NCBI GenBank assembly: GCA_002269645.1 | Contig: NIVC01003283.1 | Span: 42,635-106,634 of the forward strand | Reading direction: 5' to 3' | Source: Macrostomum lignano | Lineage: Eukaryota | Length of the DNA stretch: 64,000 nucleotides | Part shown: piece by piece, positions 11,305 through 24,400 of the stretch | Layout of the letters: the number at the start of each line of letters is the position of its first letter | How positions within the stretch are numbered: the stretch's first letter is position 1 | Notes under the pieces: generated by a model | Databases searched by the model: none | Seen by the model: only the letters and a program-made list of their open reading frames with translations | What the model was told of the DNA's origin: nothing | Made by a program: the position numbers and the translations under genes

Positions 11305-14300
11305 TTAGCCATCCTCCTTTGGCGGAGTGAACCAGCCTTTCTTCTCGTGAATGTGCACCAGCGCCCGGAAGCTGTGCTGCGCCCTGGCCAGGCTGTAGGC
11401 ATTCTTACTAGCTGAGAACTGCACCCGGGCCTTGCCTTTGACCAGAGTGGCCGAGATCTGCAGCACCAGAGACTCCAGGCTGTAGGCGGACGACCAGCCC
11501 TGGGTAGCGGTTGGTGGGTGGCATAAGTAATAAGTAGCACGTGACCTTGAGATTGCGGCTTGTAGCCTACACTGGAGAGGGGAACTGATGACCCTGAGGG
11601 ACCAGAGAGGGGAACTGATGACCCTGAGGGACCAGAGAGGGGAACTGATGACCCTGAGGGACCAGAGAGGGGAACTGATGACCCTGAGGGACCAGAGAGG
11701 GGAATGATGACCCACAGCAAGCATCAGAGGGGGGAACTGATGACCCACAGCAAGCATCAGAGGGGGGAACTGATGACCCACAGCAAGCATTAGAGGGGGG
11801 AACTGATGACCCACAGCAAGCATCAGAGGGGGGACTGATGACCCACAGCAACCATCAGAGGGGGAACTGATGACCCACAGCAAGCATTACCCAGCCCTAA
11901 CCTGCTTGGTGAGCAGCTCCATGCAGATAGCTCCGCCCTGCAGCACATAGCCGTTGGTAAGCACGGGATTAACAACACGCACAAAAGGCGGCTCGAATGG
12001 GAATGCGTCTTTAAAATAGAATCCCAGAGTAATCCGGCCAGCGTCTGAGTCGCCATTCCGGCTGAGCTGCTCTAAGTCGCGCTGCAGCGGACTGTCCGGG
12101 TCAACGCGCAACAGGTGCACATGCCATTCGTACAGGCTGTCGTTAACCAGCTCAACGGAGAACATGCCAGCCTTCAAACTGGACGATCTGGGATTTGGGT
12201 TTAATAGCGAGTGTGCAATGATTACAACACTGTTTATATATTCGCAAATTGATTCACTACTTACTACTAACGAGGTTTGGCAGTAGAGTTTTTCAGCGAT
12301 AAAATCTAGAAACAGTGAAACTATTCTTAGAAATCCGGAACACGGCTCTGACTTTCTAATCGTGAGGCATGTACACTCTTCGAGCACACAAGAGCCCGTG
12401 CACAGGATTCGAACCAGGGGCATTTTGGTGCGAAAGGGTCAGGCGCGTCAGCCTTGTGAGTAGCAAGGAGAGGCCTGAGTTCAAACGCTCGCAAGCGTCA
12501 CAGTGAGAGACTCACCTGTACAGCTCCTTTAACTCCTTCATAAGCCGATCTGTGGCCTGCACGGAGCCAAAAGCCGGGGCCGCCTGTTTAGCGTAGGCCT
12601 CCCGTTGCGCAGTTTTCAATCTGCGCAGCGTTTCAATATGGGCGCGCGAATCGATGCCGGCAAACTCGCACGACAGGTCGGAGGTAGCGGCAGCGTCGGC
12701 CGAGGCGAAGGAGGCGTTGGCGGCGCCGGATGTTGAAGAGCAGCCGCTCGGCTCCGAGCCGGCGATGCCGGAAGCAGCGTCCGACATGTGCAGATCGTCC
12801 TCGTAGTCCTCGAAGCCGGTGTCCTCCTCGTCCGACATGCTGCTGCCAGCGGCGCCGTCATCGTCCTGCAGGTTTAATAATAAACCAAATAGTGCTACTT
12901 ATAGTAGGCTAATGCGGAATAGTCGGAGAAAATGAACCAGAGTGGCCAGTTGGCATCAATAAAAACTTGAAAATTTGATATTTTTCATGTTGCGTGTCGC
13001 GTTGAGGGTCAGATATAAGTTAAGCTAAGCTGGCCATGGTTAGTAGGCAGTTAAACAGCCTAGATTCACACATCAAGGAAGTCACAGTGTCGGCGAGTGA
13101 TCAGTTGCAAAACTTCTATAGAAAATGAAAACCAATACAATAAGGCTTACAGCATCATGATATTCTTCATCATCATCTGCAGCGGCGGCGGCAGCTGCCC
13201 CACTTGCTTGGCGGCGTGTGGCGGCAGACGAGAGACGCAGCTGGGCAACCTCGGGCGGCACAGTCAGGCCGAAGGAGGCGCACAGGCGGTCCAACAGACT
13301 GCAGGTCTGGCAAACCAGATTGCAATTTCGCGGGTAGGCCTCCTGCAGTTCGGCCAGCCCTGACGTCACTTTCTGATTGTCGGAGTCTGAGAACCACAGC
13401 GCTGGCGTCTGGGGATAATTTTCCTAAATAGTAGCGAAATAGAAATTAACAATTCCAATTACAATTCCAATTCCAATTTTTACCAATACAACAGATATGT
13501 TACCAATAGAAACAGCTGGGTGAATGTGAAAGCCATGCATTTATGAACTATATTGTTCTATTGTCTAGAACATATTGCCAATGGCTATAGATCATACGTG
13601 AACAAGAATTAACCCTAAGCTAGAAGCGAGTCATTATATATTTAACATTTATCAGTAAAAAAATTTTTGCTATATGATGAACAATATTGAACTTAGATAA
13701 TTTGTCTTATGTTATTTTAATTTTGACAAATTTGTTGGCTTGTAGATTCAGGGCCAGCTCATTCTAATGCCTTCAAAACATTAAGACTTGAGTCCTAAGG
13801 AGTTGAATTAGAATCCTAGAATCCCAGAAATTTATAATTCTGAAGAATAGGAATTTATAGAGGTCAAATACAATCAATTTTGGAATGAAATCCCAATTCT
13901 TGTTACAATCTTAGAATGTGGAATTAGGATCTTATTTTTTATTAAATTGCAGCAAGCAAACCTTTTTGGCCCATAAGAAACCTTTGTAGTAAAACTTTGG
14001 CAATAGACCCACTTTAAGTAAATTCTTTTAAAACACTTTTAGAAACCCAAAATTTAAAAAATTGTTTTTTTGTGATTTGATTTTTACTTTTACTTTATGT
14101 GCATAGCCTACAAATATATAACACTTATAATTGACATTTAATTTGTGCAAGATGCAATAAAATATTCATATAGTCCAACTTGCAACTATTAAAGAAGTTT
14201 GTATATAAGTAACTTTATTCTTAGCAATAAACAGTTATTTTTTTAATTTAATTCTGTTTTAGTTTTAGTTATAGGCACAATGATATATATTTAAAGATAA

Positions 14301-17300
14301 AGAATAGGGGATGGCTAATACCTAGCAAATCAAGAAAGGTCAAAAAAGGTCAAGAAAGGCAATTGTTATGGTAATTTATAGGCCTAGTATAGAGCAACAT
14401 TTGATAATTAAAAAAGCAGAGTAGCTAATAGTTATAACAAGTTCTAATATAATCTTGCCATCAATAGTTTTTTAGTTTAAAAATTGCTTATCAAACAACA
14501 TGAAAATAAAGTCAAGAGTAGATAATTAATAAAATAAAATTGTAGAATTAAGATAGTCCTAAAACTTGATGAAATAATGCATTAGAATTGATACTGCTGC
14601 CCATAGTCCAGATCATGGCAGGTGTACATCAGAATAAAAATTCATGTTTTATTCAATTTTACTAGGATGTAGAATAAAAAATACAATATGTTCTTTGTTT
14701 TAATTTTGTTTTTCTTATAAATTGTGCTGATATTTTTTTTAGTTATCAACTATTTTAAAAAGAGCTTTTGTTGGTTGATATTTAACTGCACAATTACATT
14801 AGCCCTGAACTATTTTTAGTATGCCAACTATGTACCTTTATGTTAAACCAAAAAATTCTATATACCAAGTGTACGCTAAGATTGTCAGCAAGAACAAAAA
14901 TACATTTGGAATTTTCTGGTGTGAAGGCCACTTTCTAGACTATAGGTTGCTGCTAAGCTTAGCAGTTGTGAGAGAAGTTATCATATGTTATACAAATTTA
15001 TAATTTTTTCATAAATAATTAACACTGAATTTTCTATATATATTTGGCAGCAAAGTAATTTATCGCTGAAGTGATATTAATAAAGTAATTATAATTCATT
15101 AGCAAGGCATCCTATAGCTATATATAGGCACCATAGTCCAGATCATACTGGGTGCACACCTAAACAAAAATTGAATAATTACAAATGCATACTGAAAAAA
15201 TTGAGTGCATGCCAATTCTTAAAAATATGCTGGTGTTGCAACAATAAATAACCTTTTTACATTGTGACAAAAATGTCCTTTTTTAAAATTGCATAAAGAA
15301 CTTTTTCTAGCACTGCAAAGATTTGTTTAACTGAATTTTTTTACTAAACTGTAGAAAACGAGTTCATTTTAACTATTTTTGTTTTACTTTTCATTTCTTG
15401 GAAAAGTTAAACCTGGTTTTTGAATTTAGTTTTCTGTTTTTTCATAAAAGGCTGGCTATTCTTTCTGATCAAAATTTAGCTACTGTAACTATGTACATGG
15501 AGACTATGCCAAATGCAAACTTAAACATTTTTGTATGCTAATTTAATTGTGTACATTGATTGTTGGGACTCGGAACTTTTGGTCCCACCTGCTGGTCTTG
15601 GCAATCTCTATATGCCCCATACTCAGGAAGGTGGCCTGCACGCGGGAATTTTCCCGCGTGCACAAGCCACGCTAAAATTTTGGCGTGCAAAGTTGGCGTG
15701 CAAATAGGGGTCTCAAGCCACGCCTAAATTTTCAGCATACAAGTTTTTTACTTGGCATGTAACCTTGGCGTGCAATTACAAACTGACAGTATATCAACAA
15801 GTCAGATATAGATGTATACACTATATATATATACAATATATAAAGTTAAACGTGAACAATTGAATTTGAATATTGATTAAACCAACTAGTTGAGGCTACA
15901 GCCAGGTCTACACTCTACAGCCTACATTAAAATTAAAATATCCAATAACTTTTAAACGCTCATATTTTGTGACTCTTGTAGACTTTTAGTTTATTTGTTT
16001 CTTGAAATTTGAAGAAAAAGTTTTTGATACTCACTATGTTCTTTGTAGCGAATTTCCTTTTTTATATAAACTTTGTTTAACGTAAGTAGAAAATTTATTT
16101 AAAAATAGTATCTAATACGGTTAATATCTACCATATTTGAAAAATATTTCACGCTTTGAAATATCGTGCGCTTGCAAAATACTACATCTTTTAACAAAAA
16201 AACGCTCTTTCAAATACCTTAATAATTTTACAAATATCGTAACTCGCATCGTAACTCATGTAAAAATTTAACCTTTTGAACAAATTTAACCTTTTGAACT
16301 TAATCGTAATTAAACAACTAATGCTAAAATATCTCAAATACACAGAAATATACTGGCCAAACAGGCTTCTTGCCTGAGCCAACTTACTACTACTACTACT
16401 ACTAAAAAAACACTTGTCGAATCATCTTTTTAAACTTCCATCTCGAAAATTTTTCCAAATACATTGCTCTATAATATATTGGCCAAACAGGCTAATTGCC
16501 TGAGCCAAATTCTTACTACTAATATTCAAATCACACGTACATGAGGTGTACATGATTTTTGGTATTCAAGATTTTTGGCGTGCAACAGAAATGTCATGTT
16601 AAGGGTTTTAAAAAATTGCCATACATTGGTGTGCACCAAGGATTTTTCCATAAATTGATTCCCGCGTGCACTTGCCACCTTCCTGACTATGGTATATGCC
16701 AAGCGATATGCCAAGAGGGCATGCCAGGCTCCTTTGTATGCCAAGTTGTTTTTCTGTATTTAATTTTGTTTATGGTTTATGTGTCTGAATACTCTGGGAC
16801 AATTCAAAACAATCTACACAGGAAGAAAACAATATAATTAGTTTGATTTCTTTTCTTAAATATATTCTTTTGACAAAAATTTTTATATATATTACATAAC
16901 ATAAATCTTAACAAAATAACTACAACCGAATATTATGAAATGCCTCTTATCGTTAAAATGACAATACTCATAAAATCTTTGATTCTTCATTGAAAATGAT
17001 TCATTGAAAATGAAATGTCTATCACAATAGCAACTTGTCACTGAAACAACTATTTGTCACCAAAATGTCTGTCACCAAAACGTCTTGTCACTGAAATGAC
17101 TGGTACCCAGAGTGTGGTATAGGCAATATGCTATCTAGAAAATTTCAATATATAGGCCTAAAAGCTTTAATTTTGATAATAAAATGTAGGATATGTATAC
17201 AAGGTACATAAGGTAACCTATATAAGCTATTTGAAAACTTTTTGCAAACAGAAAAGATTGCAAAGAAAGTACAAGAAAATACAAAATACAAAGTTAAAGT

Positions 17301-17530
17301 CATAGGCCTAAAGAATTGATGTTTACTGGGATATCAAAATAACAAATTGTTTAAATATCAGTTTTAATTACCATAATTGTTGCAGTTAGGTCAAATGACT
17401 TGTTATTGCACAAAAACTTGCAGTTGACTTCATCAAGGCTAGATGAGACAATTCGGAAAATATTGTGGGTTTTAGGAAATGTCTTTTTAAGACGCTCAAG
17501 ATCTTCTTTTAAGTTTCTCAAGCTAGACAT
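11305..17530 (-). CDS. UBE2Q: Ubiquitin-conjugating enzyme E2 Q family (RWD + acidic linker + UBC), 420 aa; exons 17530-17372, 13423-13151, 12865-12516, 12187-11902, 11499-11305
   Basis: N-terminus [39 protein letters not shown] and [11 protein letters not shown] (RWD). Also [29 protein letters not shown], catalytic [19 protein letters not shown] and the typical C-terminus [10 protein letters not shown]. All GT-AG and phases consistent. Confidence 0.95.
11572..11886. repeat. 30-31-bp minisatellite with two related unit types, in UBE2Q intron 4
   Basis: GAGGGGAACTGATGACCCTGAGGGACCAGA followed by GAGGGGGGAACTGATGACCCACAGCAAGCATCA. Confidence 0.93.
15617..16692. mobile_element. Non-autonomous TIR DNA transposon (1076 bp) with 8-bp TSD, in UBE2Q intron 1
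   Basis: Left end CCATACTCAGGAAGGTGGCCTGCACGCGGGAA; right end is the reverse complement of CCATAGTCAGGAAGGTGGCAAGTGCACGCGGGAA. TSD TATATGCC at 15609-15616 and 16693-16700. Subterminal TTGGCGTGCAA repeats. No transposase ORF. Confidence 0.85.
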
Positions 17531-19826
17531 TCTACTTCGTAGGCCAAATGCTTACTGATAAAAATAGTGTTAATGCTTTTTCTTCGCGCTTTATTGTGAG
17601 CGAAAAATGTAATCAAATAAACGTCAGTTCTTTAGATTAGATTAAAAACGGAAAGTAAGCTAATTGCCTTCGAATACCGATAGGCCTAGTTTATTGTGAC
17701 ATACGATTTCAGTTTGGGACTAATTCACTATTTTGTATTATCTGCTTGGTTAAAAAAACTAAGTCTAAACAACGGCTAAACAATATATTTATGATTTACA
17801 GCAAAGAGCTCGTATCATTATTTCATTTAATCAATATTTCTGTGTTTCCGCTGCTTGCCTGTTGCTGAGTAAATTCTTTTCTCCGAACACAGTCATTCGA
17901 AAACAGAAGTATAAATACGCAGCTGACTTTTCAAGTTAAAACTTGTAAATTTATTTTTACATTTAAAAAAAGACTAATAACTTTTTTGCCTTTATTAATC
18001 AAATTCAGCTTTTTACTATGGTTTTATTTGTTTCTTGACTCACAAGTTTATGAAAAAAATTTAAGTTCACGAATATAACATTTTTCTTCGAATGTCGTTT
18101 GTCTCTCACCGTCACCGTCATCGTCATCGAGCTGTTTCGACATCATCTATGTTAGAATTTTAAGGGGAATAGAGGGGGGGCATTCCGTGAAGTTGTAAAG
18201 TATCAAGTTTTTTAACTTTGCGGCTTTGTATGGCCTGCGTATCGATAGTGTAAATTGGACATTCTTTAACATACTGAATCAGTGTGAATGCTCATTTTAT
18301 TGTCTGGATGACTATATATATCCTCTGCTCTGTATCCGCTGTAAATTAGGGTCAGTTACAGTACAGTACCAGTACTAATATCTATTGTATTTTTTACGAC
18401 ACGCATTTCAATATAAAGTTCCAAGCAGCACAGCTATAGTGAGTCAAAGTCCTAAGTATGGTTTATTTTGCAACCTAAGTTACTAAAGTTGAATCTAAAA
18501 TTGGCTTGGCCTTAGTCAATTTTAAATATTATATACGATTAGTTTGTTTGATTTAGGTGCTAGGCCTAGACTTATGCTACTATTATGTAACAGGCGTGTT
18601 TCCTGTACGATATGAAATCCCACCATTAAGCCACTAGCTATAACAGGCATGATTGCTCTCACTGAAATTATCCCACCATTGCAACCAGGCACCAGCTGTT
18701 GTAGGGCTACTTTTCTAATTCCTATTATTGAATATCCTAAAGCTGCCACCAAAGTTTTCGAAGGGCTAAACTTGTCTTTATAAATTGTTCTAATGTTGGT
18801 AGCTGCCACCAAGACTAGAATATAGATTCTATTAATAAATTATGAGTTTATTAAATAATCTTAGAATAAGTCTGAGAAAGGTTTCTTGGAATTAGGCCTA
18901 GTCTGAGTACATATCTTAGTAGTTGTCTAAGTATATATTTAATTCAGAATTTGTCTGAGTATATTGTTCTTAGAATACTATTTAGCCCTTGGCCCCTTAC
19001 AAGTATTGTTCTTCTGTTATTCTAGTAGCATTTACTATTATTCTAGTAGCGTTTACTGTTATTCTGGCCTGAGTGGTATATTGGCTTACTGGTATATTGC
19101 ATGTACTTTCAAGTCCTAGGCATTACCAAGATCAGAGGGTCACAGCCTCCAGTTCATACATGCGCAACCCCCCTGATTTACACTGGCCATACACTGGCTA
19201 TCCCGGGAACACCAGGACTGAGAGATATAATAGTAGACAGTGCCAATAGACTGCTCAGGCAAAAGGTACAGTACATGTACAACCGCTACCATTAGATAAG
19301 TATACGCTAGCAATAGAAGTGGACACTACCAGTAATAATAGTACGTTTATGCAAAAGTACATTAAGTAGAAAGACAGAAAGTTCACCACTAGTATAACTT
19401 TGGTGGCATTTAGTGGGAATTTTCATAGAAAGCCAAAAGGCCTGTTACAACTTTAGTGACAGCTGTGGAATCATTTGTAGGGGCAGAAGTTAACCCCTAG
19501 CACAGTTTATGCCCAAAAATTTAGGCCTATATTGGCCTTGCATGCCAAAAGTAGAAATAAAAAAAGTATTTTTCTAAGTTTCAAACAAAGTAGCTAGTAG
19601 GTTCTTCGTTTTAATAAACTATTTATTTTTGAAAGTTAGTGATGGAGTCTGTAAATGCAAGGCAAAAAGCTAGATCTCAAAACTGTTTTTTCTTCATGTA
19701 TGTATTGATGACACAGATGGTATTGGAAAATTTACTCATTGTTTTTAATGTTACTCTTGTAGAATGATGTAATGGATATAATGTTGTTTTTTGGAAAATA
19801 AAAAAAGAATACACATGTAGTGCATA

Positions 19827-20091
19827 CATACATGCACAACAGTCGGCCAAGTCGGCCGATCCGGCCAACCGATTTGGCGGCCAACCAAGGAAGTTGCAAA
19901 AATGCCCACCCAAAAATACCAAAGTAGTAGTACTAAGTAGCTGACGAGGCATTTAGACTTAATTTTGTTTGCGTTAATTTTGCGTTAGGGTTTTTTAACA
20001 TGTAAGTCGCATTTTTGGCCAAAAACTACGTCGCATTTTTGTTAAAACTAAGTCGCATGGCCAACCGAATTTTGAAGGTTGCGCATATATG
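19827..20091. mobile_element. MITE copy A (265 bp), 14-bp TIR, 8-bp TSD (hAT- or P-like)
   Basis: TIRs CATACATGCACAAC / GTTGCGCATATATG. TSD AGTGCATA at 19819-19826 and 20092-20099. The body is homologous, in reverse orientation, to 34486-34785. Confidence 0.88.
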
Positions 20092-20878
20092 AGTGCATAT
20101 AGTTTAGAACTGCAAAAAAGGTCTTTTATTGTTGCAACGCCTCATGGGCCCTGCATATAAAGCATAACTGCTAGTTGCGCACTATGCACAACTTCTGTGG
20201 CAGCTGAAAAAATTTTCCTGCATGGCTGGTGAATCCATAAGACTATGGGTCAATAAAATTGTACTTAATTGATAGAAAAATATTCAATATATATATTTAA
20301 CAGTTAGGTCTATATACAAGTATAAAATCTTTTCTTTTATAGGGTTTATATAAAATAAGAATATAAGAATATAATGTTTCTAAATAAAGCAAATTTTATA
20401 TTTTCCTATTCAATATTTTTTAGGTTTATCTAATATTGTTATTTATTAGCATCTTGGAATTTTTTATTTGAATTTCCAGATTTGCAATTTAGCAACCTAC
20501 TTTGCTTTTCTGCTTTTAATGTTTACCCTATATGACCTATTGACTTTTAACTTTGTTGTTTTTTTGTTAATAATACATTTTTTAGACTGTAAGTTTGATA
20601 AAATATGACAATATTTTAATAGTTAATATAATAATTTTAAATGAAAAACTAAATGATTTCTCTGAATATTATTTGTTGACATTGAAAAGAAAAAATGATT
20701 AGGTCTAAGCTTGTTAGTCAGATATAAGAAGCTTGCTATTTATTAGTGACATACATCCCAACACCCATCCGACCTATCCAAACTAGATGGGTGAAATGGC
20801 CATTGGCAAAGGTAAGTTGCAAAATTTAAAATGCGAAAAACAAAAAATTAGGGAAGAAAGAAAGGAGAGGATGAGAAA

Positions 20879-21059
20879 NNNNNNNNNNNNNNNNNNNNNN
20901 NNNNNNNNNNNNNNNNNNNNNNNNNNNNNNNNNNNNNNNNNNNNNNNNNNNNNNNNNNNNNNNNNNNNNNNNNNNNNNNNNNNNNNNNNNNNNNNNNNNN
21001 NNNNNNNNNNNNNNNNNNNNNNNNNNNNNNNNNNNNNNNNNNNNNNNNNNNNNNNNNNN
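20879..21059. other. Assembly gap (181 N)
   Basis: Run of N characters. Confidence 1.
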
Positions 21060-21484
21060 TTGCTAATTGGTTCAGCTGAATGGTAGTGTGGAAAGGCGCG
21101 GTTGGAGGTTTAAGCTGGGGGTAAGAGCAATAAATGAGTCTCAGCTTTAAAAGTACATGTTTCTGTTTAGCTTACTACTGAAGTGAAAGTAGCTTACACG
21201 CAAAGTGCTGAGTGGCTCATCTAGTTATTCTAGTGGCAAACTCCGGCCCGCCAATGTTTTTCTCTTCTCATCTCTCCCTCTCCATTCTCATCTATCTTAT
21301 CTCCTATCCTCTCTCATTTCTCCTCTCTTATTTCTTTATCTGCCCTTGAAGTAAAAGAAGTTTTTCAACCACTGCACTAAAGACTAGCAGACAGGAACGA
21401 AACCCAACCAAAATTACAGCAGCTCCTTTGTATTTATTAATGTAAATCTAATTAATCTGTGTATTATAACAAATAATAACAAAG

Positions 21485-24400
21485 GTCGCCAAAGGCCTGG
21501 CCTTCCTCAACCGCGACTGCCGCCTGCTCCACGGTCGCGTCGTGCAGCCTCCGTGTTTGTCAATAGCGCCGGCGAATGGAAACTGTGGGCCTTTCAGCAC
21601 ACCGCGCCGCTGGGAATCCGTCTGGCGCGGTGGCTTCGGCTGGTGTTGAACTGCCTGACATTTACCTGCCTGGCGATGCGGACAGGCTGGTTAAGGCTGC
21701 CGACCGGGAGACCATCGACTCCTGGGGACTGGGCTGCTTCGTCTGGGAGGTTGGTTGCTTCATCTGTATTGGTGTATGCAAACTTGACTGGGGGTTCTGC
21801 CTGTTTCTCCTGTTTTGGGGATTCTTGTTGTAACAACAGATTCTTGTTATTTTGATGGGTGAGATTTTGAATGGATTCTTGTTATTGTGATGGGTGAGAT
21901 TTTGAATGGATTCTTGTTACTGTGTAATGGGTGAGATTTTGAATGGATTCTTGTTATTGTGATGGGTGAGATTTTGAATGGATTCTTGTTACTGTGTAAT
22001 GGGTGAGATTTTGAATGGATTCTTGTTATTGTGTAATGGGTGAGATTTTGAATGGATTCTTGTTATTGTGTAATGGGTGAGATTTTGAATGGATTCTTGT
22101 TATTGTGATGGGTGAGATTTTGAATAGATTTCATCGTAATTTTCATACCGTTTGTGGGAGAAAAGTGGGTTTTAGCCTAGCGGTCAGAGCGTCGGACTCA
22201 CGACTTGAACGTCGGGGGTTCGATTCCCGATCCCACATGAACAATTTGTGTCCTTGAGCAAGACACTTAACTCTGCACTGCTTCAGTTCACTCAGCATTA
22301 GCTGGGGTAATTGGGGTCCAGTCCTTGGACTGAACAGCCGTACGCAGCCCTCAGATGCGCTCCATTGGGGCAGGTGTAATCAACTATTTTTTATTATTAT
22401 TATTACTATTGTAGGAAAATGAAATGATTTCTCCAATTACTCAACCTGTCAACAGGTGTTCAACAGGCCGCTGACCTCGCGCCAGGATCTGCGCCAGTGG
22501 CCACGTGCCGCAGGCGCTGCAGCCGGCTTACGCGAGCTCATCCGCGACCGGGCGGCCCAGCGCTGCCCTGCGGCAGACTTTCTGCAGCGCTGCTCCAAGC
22601 CCGGCGGGTTTTCGATAATCCTTACACCAGGGCGCTGCTGCAGCTGGAGCAGCTGCACGTGCTGGCTGCGGAGGAGAAATCTCAGTTTCTTGGCCAGCTG
22701 GCGGAGCAGGTGAGATGCCCAGATTCTCTGGCTGACCCTGCTTTGCTGTTTTTATCGACTCTAGATTAACAGTATCACCTACCCAGGTCCTAGCATGCAC
22801 CCCTACCATTCCAGATCTGCCCCTACCATCCCAGATCCGCCCTATCATTTCAGATCTGCCCTATCATTCCAGATCTGCCCTACCATCCTAGATCCGCCCC
22901 TATCATTTCAGATCCGCCCCTACCATTCCAGATCTTCCCCTACCATCCCAGATCTGCACCTACCATCCCAGATCCACCCCTACCATCCCAGATCCCCCCT
23001 TATTCCAGATCCGCCCCTATCATTCTTGATCCGCCCCTACCATTCCAGATCTTCCTCTACCATTCCAGATCTGCACCTACCATCCCAGATCCGCCCCTAT
23101 CATCCCAGATCCGCCCCTACCATCCCAGATCCGCCCCTATCATCCCAGATCCGCCCTATCATTCCAGATCCGCCCCTACCATTCCAGATCTGCACCTACC
23201 ATCCCAGATCCGCCCCTACCATCCCAGATTTGCCCCTATCATCCCAGATCCGCCCCTATCATTCCAGATCTGCCCCTACCATCCCAGATGCGCCCCTACC
23301 ATCCCAGATCCGCCCTACCATCCCAGATATGCCCCTACCATCCCAGATTCGCCCCTACCATCTCAGATCCGCCCTACCATCCCAGATGCGCCCTACCATC
23401 CCAGATCCGCCCCTACCAATCTCAGATCCGCCCCTACCATCCCAGATGCGCCCCTACCATCTCAGATCCGCCCCTATCATCCCAGATCCGCCCCTACCAT
23501 CCCAGATCCGCCCCTACCATCTCAGATCCGCTCCTATCATCCCAGATCCGCCCCTACCAATCTCAGATCCGCCCCTACCATCCCAGATCCGCCCTATCAT
23601 CCCAGATCCGCCCCTACCATCCCAGATGCGCCCCTACCATCCCAGATCCGCCCCTACTAAATAAGGCAAGCTCACTCCCAATCGCAGCTGTCCAACTTCC
23701 AGACGACGTGGCCAAGCACAAGGTGCTGCCCCAGCTAGTCAATATTCTTCAATACGGCGGCGGCGGCTCGGAAGTTCTGCTGCCTCTGCTGCGCCTATCC
23801 CGCCTGTGCGACAAATCGGAGTTCGAGGGCCGCATCGTGCCCTGCCTGATTCGCCTGTTCTCCCTGCCCGAACGGGTCGCCCGAGTCCGCCTGCTTGAGC
23901 AGTTGCCGTCCTACATTGGCCACCTGCCCGACCGGGTGGTGAACGAGCAGATTCTGCAGCCGTTCTGCCAGGGATTCCACGACACCAGCCCAGTTGTTCG
24001 GGAGCACACTATCAGAGCCGCCGTTCACCTGGCCGAGAAGCTCAACGCTAAGAATCTCAACGAGGAATTGCCCAAGCATTTGACAAGGCTGCAGGTGAGC
24101 TTCTTTTGCAGTTTAGCGGCTCTTTTTTAGCTTTTCGTGTCATTAGGGAGTGTTCTTGCCATTCAAATTTCTTTCATTTCACCTTTCATTAAAAACCTTT
24201 AAATGCGTGTCTTCACCCTTCATCATCAGAGGCCTTACAAATGCCTGTCTTCACCCTTCATCATCAGAGGCCTTACAAATGCCTGTCTTCACCCTTCATC
24301 AGCAAAGGCCTTACAAATGCCTGTCTTCACCCTTCATCATCAGAGGCCTTACAAATGCCTGTCTTCACCCTTCATCATCAGAGGCCTTACAAATGCCTGT

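Noticed and set aside
17035-17108. GTCACCAAAA/GTCACTGAAA short repeats ending in GGTACCC, similar to a DNA-transposon end
   Set aside because: Only ~70 bp with no partner terminus or TSD; too weak to call.
18046-18148. Minus-strand exon-like MMSKQLDDDDGDGERQTTFEEKCYIRELKFFHKL|gtgagt
   Set aside because: No convincing downstream exon or family match; it may be a uORF or chance.
18522-19295. ORFs 18522-18812 (-) and 19101-19295 (+) as missing SCYL1 or other exons
   Set aside because: No SCYL1 motifs, no recognisable domain, and no phase-consistent exon chain.
22166-22240. Possible tRNA gene
   Set aside because: The anticodon stem pairs poorly and the sequence continues into a SINE-type body and (ATT)n tail, so it is called a SINE head.
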